Shown in pieces: positions 38,901 through 50,618 of a stretch of DNA of 64,000 nucleotides (its first letter is position 1; every line of letters begins with the position of its first letter). Where the stretch lies: positions 881,184-945,183 of the forward strand of contig NMRA01000081.1 in NCBI GenBank assembly GCA_002633005.1. Direction: 5' to 3'. The stretch comes from Phoronis australis. Lineage: Eukaryota > Animalia > Phoronida. The notes below the pieces were generated by a model. That model was not told the origin of the DNA and searched no databases. It worked only from the letters and a program-made list of their open reading frames with translations. A program made the translations under genes and the position numbers.

Positions 38901-41900
38901 CAAGAATTAAGCTGGCAACGCATCCTAGAAGTCAGATATGATCAAAATAATTCTTTTGCACTAAACTGTTCACATATCATTTATTTCAAAAATAATTGGC
39001 AAAAAGGCCATCTTTCTATTTCAAACTTTATTTCTAACTTGCTAAAAATCAACACATCACCAAATGTTGTTAAGCAACAACTGAGAAGCGAAAACCATAT
39101 CAGTAACAAATTACGATTTCCTTGATGCATATTTTCATTGCCACATGGGCACTACCTCAGACAGGAGGGGTAACTAGACACACTGCCACACAAATGTGTC
39201 ATTTTCACCTGCTTCTCAGACATAGTGTAAAATTCCACTCAAGCCTTTATCTCCATGAACCAAAGCTACAATAATTGTCAGTAGGATACTCACCTACTAA
39301 ATAAAACACATACTGCCAGCCAAATCTGTCCATCACTAAAGATCCAACACTTCCACAGAATAATGTACTGCAAAGAAGATGTTGGTAAGTTAAAACTAGA
39401 ATCCGAGTTCAAATATTGTCGACAAATACTTAAATTGAACTGTTGCTGTCTAGACGCTCATTTCATGGTTCTGCCAAGATGTACCGTAGCACAAATATAT
39501 CTCAGAATAACTATGATGTTATATAACCATTGACCATCAATAATTTGCGGACAAGGACAGTTAAAATAATGGAAGTGTAAACCACTTCAATGTTATCACC
39601 ACACCGGTGCCTACACTCTGACTTCGTTCAAACTTTTTATCCGTGTGCAATACTTGTAGACAAGCAAGGAACAATGATGACATTTAGAAAGAGAACCCCT
39701 TGTCTCAATCAATTATGAAGACACAACCAAAAGGTGTCTGCAGTGTAACACAGATTTAGGTTGGTTTAAGGCTGCCAGTGTGTACAATATGGTGTAGTAA
39801 TGTTACTTGGCTTCAGTATTGACAGGTACAACTTAATGGCAAAAATCTGAATACGTGATGATTATTATGCAATTCATGTGAACTTTTGAACCAGGTGTTG
39901 ATCCCTGCTTGGCTAGCAATACTAGTCTTGCTGCTGAGCACTGACATATGTAATACCCATGCAACACACTGACATCTAGTGGTAAATAGAACACATAATG
40001 CACAGACAACACAGCGACACCTGGTAGTATAGAACAGAGTGACACCCAGAAACAGTAAATGATGCACCGACTACTCACCCAGCATGAGAGCCAGCTGATA
40101 TGCTGCTATATACAAATGTTCTCTCTGTTTCTGACACCTTTTTTGATACCATGCTTGCCACACTGGGATAGTGCATACCTGCAAACACACATAGTTCTCC
40201 TCTGTATTTGGTACCTTAATCATCAATTGAATAGTGCAACATTAAAGATGCCAAGTGAATTATCATTACAAATTTACACTTACTGACTGGAGAACTCAGG
40301 CATACATTTGTTAAACAGAGGAACTATCCCTTTATATGATTGGTAAGTCAAGCTATACACATATTGAAGTGATAAACAGCTGGTCCACAGCACTGACATT
40401 ACGTGAATGTCGACATGATAGCAAAACTTACCAGAAAAATTGCACTTCATCCACATAGTCCTTCCAAAACACCATCTTCAAAACACACACAACCCACCCA
40501 CCCACCCACACAACCCACCCACCCNNNNNNNNNNNNNNNNNNNNNNNNNNNNNNNNNNNNNNNNNNNNNNNNNNNNNNNNNNNNNNNNNNNNNNNNNNNN
40601 NNNNNNNNNNNNNNNNNNNNNNCACACACACACACACCACACACACACAACCTGCATATTGTGGCACCCATTAACATAAAAATAGCCGTTACCCTGAAAA
40701 CAGCCTAACAGCACCCTAGACAGCACGACCAAGCGGATTGTAGTAGTCTTGTCGTTGAATATATAACACAGATAGGGTGTCCAAAAAGTGAGAAGGGACC
40801 AGAACACGCCCACTGCACAAATGACGTTCTGCCCCCCTAGCTTGTCACTTAGGTAACCTCCCATCACCTGCGTCATCATGTAACCCCAGAAGAATGCTGA
40901 GAGCACCATTCCCTGAAAGAGAACCGAGCAATGATCACATGAACCCTTACAAAACAAAGATAGCTATAGAAGGCTGGTCATAAAACATTATGAGCTCAGT
41001 AGCAATTTTAACAAACAAGGGCCTGTTTTATTAAAGGCGTAAGTCCGACCATAGGCTTCATTGCAAAGGTATGTCGTGTTCTTTAAGAGCGAGAACATGA
41101 CGTTATCAATTTTTTATACCTCGACTTGACAACTGCCTTCATGAAGTCATAATGATTAATTTTGTGCAAATTAAAGGCCATCAATACCGTACATCCAATC
41201 TACTTATTCTCTGCCTATTTTACATTTTCTACCTGATTTTATTTGTCACGGAACATAACTCCATACGAACAAATATCAAAACAAAAAATTGAGTGACTAG
41301 TGAACTTGGGAAATGTAAAAACTCACTATTGTGTTTTTGTTTACAAAAGCCCCTCTTTTTTGCAGCACGTGTGAACAAGCAACACTCGAGGTCAGAAAGT
41401 CGCAATGAAGTGTTCATGCTTGTGGTTGAACACAAACATATCAAAACTTCAATCACTGTTGGTACAAGAATTTGTAAGGGATTTGTAGAGCTTGTTCAAG
41501 AATCTTAAAATGGTAACGCAATGGGGATTTGGGGAAAAAATAGAGTGAAATTAGCAGAAAACAGTCTGCAAGAAGTGGAACACAATGACCTCCCTTAAAA
41601 TCACAGTTACAACCACCTTAGCTCAGATAGGATTCATGACCTTCAATTCTTCAGTTGTAGACAAACATGGCAGAACACTTTTCATTTGCTAAATAACTTC
41701 AAAACAGTCTACAGCGACTGTAATTCTACTGAGGGACAGTATGTGGCAGGGACAGGACAGCAAACTGTCCCTTGTGAGATATTAGTTACACTTCTTCGTT
41801 AGTAGGTGCACTCTGATCATTTTGCCTCTTACTGCATACGAAAGGTAATAAACATGGCGGCAATACTTAACATTCACGTGGCCCCCGAGTCAAAATGCTG

Positions 41901-44900
41901 TTATAAAGTGGTATGTTACTTTGGAGACACACATGATATTGCACGAAAGTTTTTTGTACCTCACATTACTTTTAAATCAAACATTTCTATTCCACTGACC
42001 CACAGAACTGCTTCTGCAAGTTGATACAGATACCCGTGCTTACTGGGTTACTTTACGTTCAAATGCTGACGAGGGCGCCCTAAACAGGGTGTCGACATTT
42101 GAGCCAGGGTGTCCATTTGGACGCCTGGACAACCTCTGAATGAAGGCCTGAAGATACATTAATCAAAATGTTGTGAAAAGATAAGGAAAAGAAAATAAGG
42201 AAATTAATATCAACTATAACAGCCATTTATGAGCTATTATTTCGGCAATAGTCTGATATAACATGCCTGCACTTTGAGAACCAGTTGATTGCTGTTATTC
42301 AGTGGTGAAAACTGGTTCTCAAAACGCAAGGACGTTATGTCAGACTTGACCATTATTTCTAAGTGTGTCATACAAGCATCACCTGTGCGTATTCAGGTTA
42401 TAATTGCACCTGTCTAATAAGAGATATATTAACATCATTTCTAAAATCTATTCCTCTATTTACACGAGCATCTATTATATTGGCATGATGGTTTGGTTGG
42501 TCATTTCTCTAGCCATCTTCAACTGTTAAAGTGTTCTGGTGCGCTTGGATTGCACATTTCCTGATGCACAGTGAGATTTGAACTTGAAACCTTTCGCATC
42601 GCCAATTCAAAACAGTTTTAGGCAGTCAAGGAAAATATTCGAAAACTACATTTTGTTTGAATATATTGGCTGTATGTGGCTTAAAATAAGTTTACAAGTT
42701 TCATGTAGCGCAAATCAGGGACATGTTTCACAAGTCATAACTTTGCAGCCTTTTTCAGCTTATGCCAAAACTCTCAACCCGCTTCACTTAAAACGTCACA
42801 AGTCTAATCACCGTGACAAGTCTAGTCGACGCCACAAGTCTACTCACTGTAACATCTAGTGGCAATACCTATACTGAAATTGGCAGATATTTATGGAAGC
42901 AAAAATCATTCTGGAGGCAATAACTTTCATGCACCAGGGGTTGATATAAATCCCAGTGCAACATAGTAAGTAGTCACCCCTTCAGTTGAAATGAGCTAGT
43001 CCATTAACACTAGGCTTAAGAAATATTCAATGGAAAGTGCTTTAGTCACACTGGATGAATTTGAAACTTTGGCTAGTTTATAACTGATTACTGCAAAAAC
43101 CAAAAATCAGTGTCAAACAAATTTAAGAGGCCTGAAAAGAGCGCAGGTTAATATTTCCCCAACCAAATAAAAAGAGGGTGGGAAAGAGGGAGGGGTACTT
43201 TAAAGAAGGTAAAAAAATCAACAGATAAAATTAAGAGGGGACAGCGCTCTGTTATAACTGCCGGAGGAGAACCCTGCGTAGTAACAATAAGGCTCAGTGA
43301 AGTGACGATTGTGGTGAATGATTGGGGTTACTTTTCAGCTCCAACTTCCGGCCATGTTGTTGACAAACATTGAGCTGTTTGATGGTTCTCGCATTAAGTA
43401 CTTATCTGAGTGGTTTCCTAGCATAATTTCACTTCGAAAATACAAACACTGAAAGATGGACATTTCCATGGAAGCGTCATTGTTTTTACGATTTCAATTT
43501 CCAATTTCTAAAATCAGTGATTTGCATTTTGTTATGTAGTGGTAATGATTTTAGCACATCATTCTTCAGGACAATGGCAAGAATCGTGTAGTAGAACAAT
43601 TTCATTATTTTCAGTTTCTAGTAACATGTATACACACAATTTATTGATATGCTGTTATTACTTGTTACAAGTATTATGAAATAAAGAATTTCTGAAGAAA
43701 AATAGATGTTGGTGTTTTTTCTCAGCCTTGACAAATAAGTAGAAAAAAGCAGGACTATTAGTAGGAAAAGTAGAAAAATGTTCAGCATTGGGAGGTCTGA
43801 CGACTTTTTCCTGGACTTACGTCAGGTTGAAAATGGGCGTAACGCTACGACCAAAATTTAGAATTTTTTGTTAGTTAAACACTGACTTAAGTTGTTGTAG
43901 GCATGCAGATAGACAGGACTCAGATGAACAAGTCTCAAATGAACATACCGGTATCATGGGATTCATTCATACCACATCTCCTTATTGCAGGCAATACAGA
44001 CTGCTCTCCACAGCATATCAACTATACATGCTACTATTGTGCTTAGAAATGATTGGTTAACATAAAATCAATTCTCCACCAGGAATGAACCAGTTGTTTT
44101 CATGTTCCAGTGTACCCAGCTTGAATTTATTGTTATCGGTTTACAAATCAATCATTTTTGTTTTTAATGCTAATGTAAAATTATACTATTTCCACAAAAC
44201 CAGTATCTAGTATACTGTGTTGGCCTAACAAACTATGCTACACTCCTACTGCACTTCATCTGTTATGCTGAGTAGTGAGTCACTGATGGGCAATTGCCAA
44301 TCCGGCATGGAACATATACCATGCCTTTTTACACCATTTAACAATTATAATGTAAGCCAAAAATCTAAAATTGCCACAAAGGGCATAGCATTACACACAT
44401 TTCTCCAAAAATTGATGGGTGCTTTCGCACAAACACACAAACCGAATTTCATAACTATTTTTAAATCTAGAGCGGTCAAATCGGTCTGAAACAAGGTAGG
44501 TGGCTTTGTCTCCTTGATAAAAATGTAGATAATGAGGCATCCAAAAAGAAATCCTACATTGCCACTAGAAGATGCCACAGCAATCAGTGTCGTCCCAAAA
44601 TCCATGTCATATGTACTCTCCTTAAAGAATTATACACTAACTTTTATGAAGATCCATCAACGAACTTGGTAGATATTGAGGCATAGGCTAAAAAATAGTA
44701 TGGCACAGTAATTGGACATTTCCAAAAATGAAAGTTAGTTTTTCTCATCTCTAGATAGGAAACGATCAGTGGAATTACATAGGAAACTTTCAAGCAGTTT
44801 GACGGAGAGATGTACGTCAAAAAGACACACAACAAAAATGGCTACTAGCAAGCACAGAATATCTCCATGATAGCAAGTAGCAGCATGATGGATCCAACCA

Positions 44901-47900
44901 TTGTTATGAGCAATGCTCTTTCAATGACTTTGCTATAATAGACCAAGCAGAAACAACAACGGAGTGGAAAATTCTCGAGGCTCTGAACACCAATTGGTGT
45001 AAACCCAGTCTCAATAGGCAACTGACACACTGAAGGTTGTCATTGTCAGTCTAGTCTATTGTTACTCCCGTTTCTGTGTCTGTGTACCATTACTTGTTGT
45101 TGGGCCTAGCAACGTGGCCACTGTTTGATGGTGTTTTAATAAATGCCGAAACATGTCAAGCCGATTTAAATCCCTCGTTGCTTTTATCAACAAAAGCACA
45201 GAAAATGCTGAATACATTCCAAAATGAGGTGTTGTCGACTCCTTAATAGAAACATGTTTTGAAAATTCGTCAACGGACTCAGTAGGCTAACATAACAAGA
45301 GCAACACGGAGCGCTGAAATGCGCCCACGAATGCATCACAAATGGTGTGCTTTTAGGGTTATTTATTTGCATCATAAAAATGGCCACTAGATGGCCCAAA
45401 AACGTACAATCCATCCATCCAAAAACGGAACATGCCATATTTCAAAAAATCTGTCAAGGAACTTCAGAGAAACAAAGGAAAACAGAACAAAATGAAATTG
45501 CCACTTGTGGGCACAGCGTACGTTCCATCCGCCTGAAAGTGGTCGTCTGTTATCTTCATATTAATTCACTTTCTAAATCTAATAAAGATCCTGCAGTGGG
45601 TTTTGGAGATACAGCTATGGGCATAAAACAAAGCAAAACTACCACTAGGAGGCGCCACAGTAGTCAGTCGCCATGATCAAACGTCCTCTTCATACTGAAA
45701 ACATATATGCCAATTTTCAAAATCATCCTTATAATGATTTGGTTGATCGAGGGGTGAAGACCAAAAACAAGATTTGAAAACAGCAAAAATGGCCACCAGG
45801 TGGCGCAAAATACAGGATGATAATGTCTTCTCACCAATAGATGCCGATATTCAAAATTTTATGAAAATCTGTTGAGGACCTTTGAAGATAGACCGGTAAA
45901 CGTAAAATACTAAAATTGCCACTAGGGGGCACACTGGTAGTCAGATCCGTCCGAAAGTCGTCGTCTTCTATTATCAACATCATATAAATACACATGCTAA
46001 ATTAAGTAAAGATCTTGCAAACGGTTTAATAGATACAGCCATGAGCGAAAAAAAAAAAACTGCCACTAGGAGGCACCACAGTGGTCGAACTCATTGGAAA
46101 ATCGTCATCAGCCGTCCACTTCATAGTAAAAACATACATGCAAATTTTCACAATTATCGGTTTGGTTGATAGACGAGTGGATGCCATAAAACAGACTCGA
46201 AAACAATAAAAATGGCCACAAGGTGGCGCAAACTAGGTTGAATCCATCTGAAAACCGATAGATAGTGTCACCTCATTAACAGATGCCCATATGACAAATT
46301 TTATGAAAATACGTTGAGGACCTTTGAACATACAGAGGTAAACGTAAAAAAATAAAATTGCCACTACGTTGCACACCAATAGTCAGATCCATATGAAAGT
46401 CGTTGTCCTCCGTTGTTAACATCATGTAAATACACTTACAAAATTTACTAAAGATACAGCCACGAGCGCAAAAAAAAACTGCCACTACATGCCAATTTTC
46501 ATAATCATCCTTTGAGCGCTTTGGTTGAGAGGGGTGGATGCGAAAAACAGTAAAAATGGCCATTAGGTGGCGCAAACTATGTCAAATCCATCTGAAAACT
46601 GGAGGATAGCGTCATCTCACTAATAGATGCCTATATATTACTAAATTTCATGAAAATCCGTTCAGGACTTTTGAAGATACAGAGGTAAACGTAGAAAACT
46701 AAAATTGCCACTAGGGGGCACACTGGTAGTCCGATATGTCCGAAAGTTCGCTCATGCCGTCCCATTTATGAATGGAACATATGTGCAAAATTTCATGAAC
46801 CTACGACAAGACATTTTGGAGATAGAGCAGCGGACGCCACACACCGGACGCCGGATGGACGGACGCAGGACAGAGATGACGGCATAATGCGTCCACATAT
46901 AAATATGTGGGTGCATAAAAAATGCAAATTCCACTATGGGTAGACCAAAAATCCCCTCAAGCCATTATATCCATGATAGAAACATGCCTGCATTGGTACA
47001 CTAATTTCCATCCAGGGGTTTTAGAGATGCAGCAGTGGACGACAGATGAACGGAGATGACAGTATAATGCACACATACATACGCACACACGTATACGCTA
47101 CAGTAAAATGTCTCCAGTTTGGAACAATGTCTAAGAGTTGGGACACCGAAATTCTAGCTAAAATTGAATTTTCTTGATTCTGGAATTTCCTTGACTCTGA
47201 AGACTTGAACATGTCATGAGCGGCTTAGGCATTAATAATATTTCTCAAATATCAGAGATTGCACATTGCATTGATCAACAGTCTTAAGAGTTGAGAATTC
47301 TAAAAATTGGAGCAAATGTTTTCATGTATCCCCATGGTGCGAAATGAGGTAAAATCATTAATCTTTTTTCTTGATCGTAAATCTTGAATTTGGGACATGC
47401 GATGTTGCCTATTTCTAAAATTTGGTATAAGCGTTGAACAAAATAATTTTTTCACTACCTCAAAGTGAATAATTTTTACCATAATGGTACTTGTAAAAAT
47501 AACAGAAAGCAACATTGCAAGCTTACGAAATGGAACGTACCGATTCTGACTTATCCCAGCTGAGTTCTTCAGCTACTTTGACGATGCACAGTGGCATGAC
47601 TGTTCTGGAGGCATACAACGCAGAACAGCCCAGGAACATGGACACTGTCCAAAGTTTCTTTTCACTTCTGGAAAAATAATTGCAAAGTTGGGCCAATAAC
47701 ATCACAGTAAATTCAGGTGAATGAATGAGTAAAAAATGAAGAGCTTGTAATTTGATGAGCTCAAAATAGTACCCACAACAGTGAAGGACTCAATGGCAAT
47801 ATTTGGCAGAAAATGACACTTTAGTATCAACTTTCACAGCTAGACATGTATATAACATAAAAGGCATTTTTAAATCCTTTCAAGCATGCACATTATGTAT

Positions 47901-50145
47901 TCTCAGTGTCTTTGACTAATAATAATCCTGCAAGTTTAAAACATAACATTCAAATTAACAAACTATTTTTCCTCAAAACAATTATGCTGAAAGCAGTCAA
48001 ACTCATTTACGGTAAATCAAAAACAACCTGGTTCTTGTAACTTAGAAGTGATTTTTGACCTTATATATTAGAAAGAACTGACAGTATTTTATTGTTTGAG
48101 ACAATGTTCAACATACCAACAGGGGGCACTTTGAGGGGCAGAACATGGTCTCAAGCACAAACTGCTACCTCTTTTCAAGCCCAGAAACCACCACGTGATG
48201 CCCTGACTTTTTGCTGTCAGTTCTTAGACACTTTTGCCAGATGATGTTCTTGATCAAGGAAGAAATGTTGCGTCTGTTTGTATTGTGTTTTTGAAATATG
48301 AAGTAGCTGCGCTGGTTGTAAGATTTTTGATAACACTTTCGCCAAGAGTAAGGAATAAGTTGAGATCACTTTTAAAGTGGAAAGTGTAAATCAAAACATA
48401 CTTCAACCTGCAGATCACCAATGCGACTTCAGATTTTGTTTGGCGATCTGATAAAATCCCAGATTGCCATGAAGTCGCCACGCCACATCCGACCACGCAC
48501 TCTAAGTCTCAAAATAATACAGGAAGTAAACAGACCTAAGTCAGAACCATACGCCAAAAATCAGAAGGGCCCAATCATGATTATCTGCCTCAGGAGGCGA
48601 ACCCGTGCAATGGAATATTAGGCCTGAGAGGGGAACACGTGGTAAAACAGATTGCCACTGGGAACGTGAGACACTCATAATTTTCCGTTCGAGCAAAAAT
48701 ACTGTCTGGGAGGTCTCGGGTATGATGGCAGACATTTCCTGAGTTTACCCGCTTTCCACTTCAGGTATTTCATTTTTGGCTCTTCTCGGTGAGGTTTACC
48801 GACCTTACTAGTTACAGTTTGGCAAGCTAGGAATTTTGCCAGGTTGCATTTGGCGAGCTGACGTTATGCTTAAACATCGACCTCTGGAAATGTGACTTTC
48901 TTTGACCAAAAGGCATTTACAGCAGCATTACTGTAATTCTAAACTTATATGACGCCACCTGGTGCCAGTAATGTAGAAAGGGCCAGTTGCCAATTTGGAC
49001 AACTGAACGAAGAAGTGTTCGAAATATAGATTGATTGCAGGAGTATTTGGTCGAGCTGACAAGAGTTAAAGAAATCAACGGCCTCTTAAACCGGCTAAGG
49101 TGTCCCTCTAATGCTCTATGCGCAAAATGTAACTTATAGCAACATGATTTTGATGGTTTTATAAGTGTGAGGCATAATTCGCCGAAAAGCTTCCAGATGA
49201 CCACCGTCTCCACTGAGGCCAATTGAGATGGCGCTACTGTCTATGTTAATGACAGCTTTACTTTACAAATTTGCAAAGTTTGCAATCAGTGTTCGAGCTT
49301 CAGCAAATAAATGTGTTGGCCCAGGAGGCCAGTTACTTGAATATGAGACCACATCCACATGGGCCTGTATGTGAAAGTTTACTGGCCCGGCCATAAATAC
49401 ACTGGCCCCGGGCCACCGTGTTCAGCCATTTCTGTTTTGGTTGCGTTGTCAAAAAGACTTGCCCGTGAGTTTCGAGATGGAAAGCGTTTACTGAGGAGGT
49501 CCTGAGCACATTTTAATAGAGAACTTTTGAGAGTATTATTGATAACTTTGAGTGATAGAATCTGAAGAAGTTATGGTGTGAATTGCTTGTCAGTGAGTGC
49601 CTGTGTTGGCGTCCTAAGGCCTCGACTGAAGTTTGTGAGGTTTGGCAGTTATCAGTATCACCTGTGGAGAACCCCCTAATAGAACAGAGTGCGGTGAGTA
49701 CTCTCACCATGTAATTCCAACTAGGTCAGGGAGAGTTCACCGCACTAACATTTTTGGCGCTCAACGTGAGACGCGAATGTACGTCTCACTTCAATGCCGG
49801 GAATCCTAACCAGTCGACCATAGTGCAATTGCCCGTAGGCAACTGATTAAGAGAGGTCTTTACATTACTACACTCAATGCAGAGTGCAGATTCACCACTA
49901 GGGAGACAAGCTGCTGTTAATGTTGAACAACGTCAACATGGCAACGTCAACTAGTAGAAAGGGGGAAAGGCCAACAAGCACTTCGACCGAAATCACAACT
50001 AAGGAAGAGATGACATTAAGCAACAAGCAAATTACCTGTTCCAAAACCTCAATGAGTCTAGACTGTCTTCTTTATGAGAAATTGTTACTGACAGAGGTTT
50101 GAATTCCCGGCGAGGACTACCTTCGTCTCTTTCGTGAGCGGCCAT
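29999..50145 (-). CDS. SLC17A9: Solute carrier family 17 member 9 (vesicular nucleotide transporter, VNUT; MFS anion:cation symporter family), complete
   Basis: 11 exons, listed 5' to 3': 50036-50145, 47541-47667, 40693-40912, 40079-40178, 39294-39367, 37519-37693, 36319-36415, 35381-35468, 35042-35076, 31962-32133, 29999-30168. All are GT-AG and phase-consistent; 1368 nt = 455 aa. Motifs: LYASRTVMPLC, GMVLSAFFWGY..TQV.GG.LSD..GG, LLSWLPTYF.E.F, GWVFNVVPW, FHNSGV.VNPQDIAP..AG.VFGVMN.AGA.PGFVGVY.AG. Confidence 0.93.
30300..30825. mobile_element. Diverged relative of the 45.3-46.9 kb Helentron-type repeat family
   Basis: Shares aaaatagccactagagggcac (30529), aaatttcat..aagat motifs and a gcacataaaaa end. 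Confidence 0.45.
34249..34326. repeat. Tandem duplication, 39 bp x2
   Basis: gca(g/a)gaggctggtcaagctgggcg(g/c)cgtaatatttgtc at 34249 and 34288. Confidence 0.9.
35869..35970. mobile_element. About 100-bp palindromic MITE-like hairpin (copy 1)
   Basis: gagaaccagtt...aactggttctc core. Inverted homologue at 42244-42353. Confidence 0.6.
40482..40650. other. Assembly gap (N run 40525-40622) within (CACC)n/(CA)n microsatellite, SLC17A9 intron 3
   Basis: Run of N flanked by CA-rich simple repeats. A single N also occurs at 12907. Confidence 0.97.
42244..42353. mobile_element. About 110-bp palindromic MITE-like hairpin (copy 2)
   Basis: gtctgatataac..tttgagaaccagtt..aactggttctcaaa..gttatgtcagac; its reverse complement aligns to 35869-35970. 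Confidence 0.65.
45294..46922 (+). mobile_element. Helentron-associated (HINE/DINE-1-like) non-autonomous element with an internal tandem-repeat array
   Basis: Starts aacaagagc. 5' sub-TIR atgcgcccac (45319) matches 3' gtgggtgcat. Terminal hairpin atgcgtccacatat-aa-atatgtgggtgcat plus A-tract. GGAC-type microsatellite near the 3' end. Interior is about 140-bp monomers in an about 420-440-bp trimeric higher-order repeat. Confidence 0.7.
48410..48880. mobile_element. hAT-like MITE family copy, inverted relative to 57676-58177
   Basis: ccaatgcgacttcagatt..ccatgaagtcgccac is the reverse complement of gtggcaacttcatgg..aatctgaagtcgcattgg near 58105-58162. Confidence 0.5.
48945..49215. repeat. Half-copy (one arm) of the 51480-52023 palindromic element
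   Basis: tatgacgcca..caactgaacga..caggagtatt..cggcctc..tagcaacatg..agtgtgaggc.taatt.gccgaa.agcttc..caccgtctc aligns to the right arm. Confidence 0.7.
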
Positions 50146-50618
50146 TTCCGAAACTAAACAGTATACGTCAAGCCCCAAACTCCACACAAAATCATACTCG
50201 TATTTTATAGACTAACGTAAAGGCAAAAATTTTCCAATTACAATACACTAGTTAGCTACTCGATATAAAATATCATGATCTGTGTTAAAAATATATTCAA
50301 TATAGTCTCATTTGTTACGATTCGTAAAAATACAAATGCGTAAAACGTTCTTTGAACTCAAAAGTAACCAGATTACAATCAATGATAAATTAATAATAAT
50401 CATTTGTGACTGTAATCATTGAACAAAAAATATAAACTTGAAAGAATTTTTTTAGTAAATATATATTTATAATTAATTACAAACTTCCAGATTTTTGATT
50501 TTCTGTGATAATGTTGGCAGGTGTGTCATAGCATTTAGTATTTCCGGTTTCAAGGCATGTGAAGAAAATAGTTGTTTACCAGCAGTTTGCGTGTCTATCA
50601 GAAAGGCACGTCGTAAAC
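50146..50618. promoter_or_regulatory. Putative bidirectional promoter between SLC17A9 and LTV1
   Basis: Divergent start codons are 473 bp apart, with an AT-rich core. An ETS-like tttccggttt lies at about 50541, and a YY1-like aaatggccgc overlaps the SLC17A9 ATG. Confidence 0.6.

Noticed and set aside
40403-40708. ORFs spanning the N run
   Set aside because: Artefacts of the assembly gap and CA repeats. Only 40693-40912 on the minus strand is coding.
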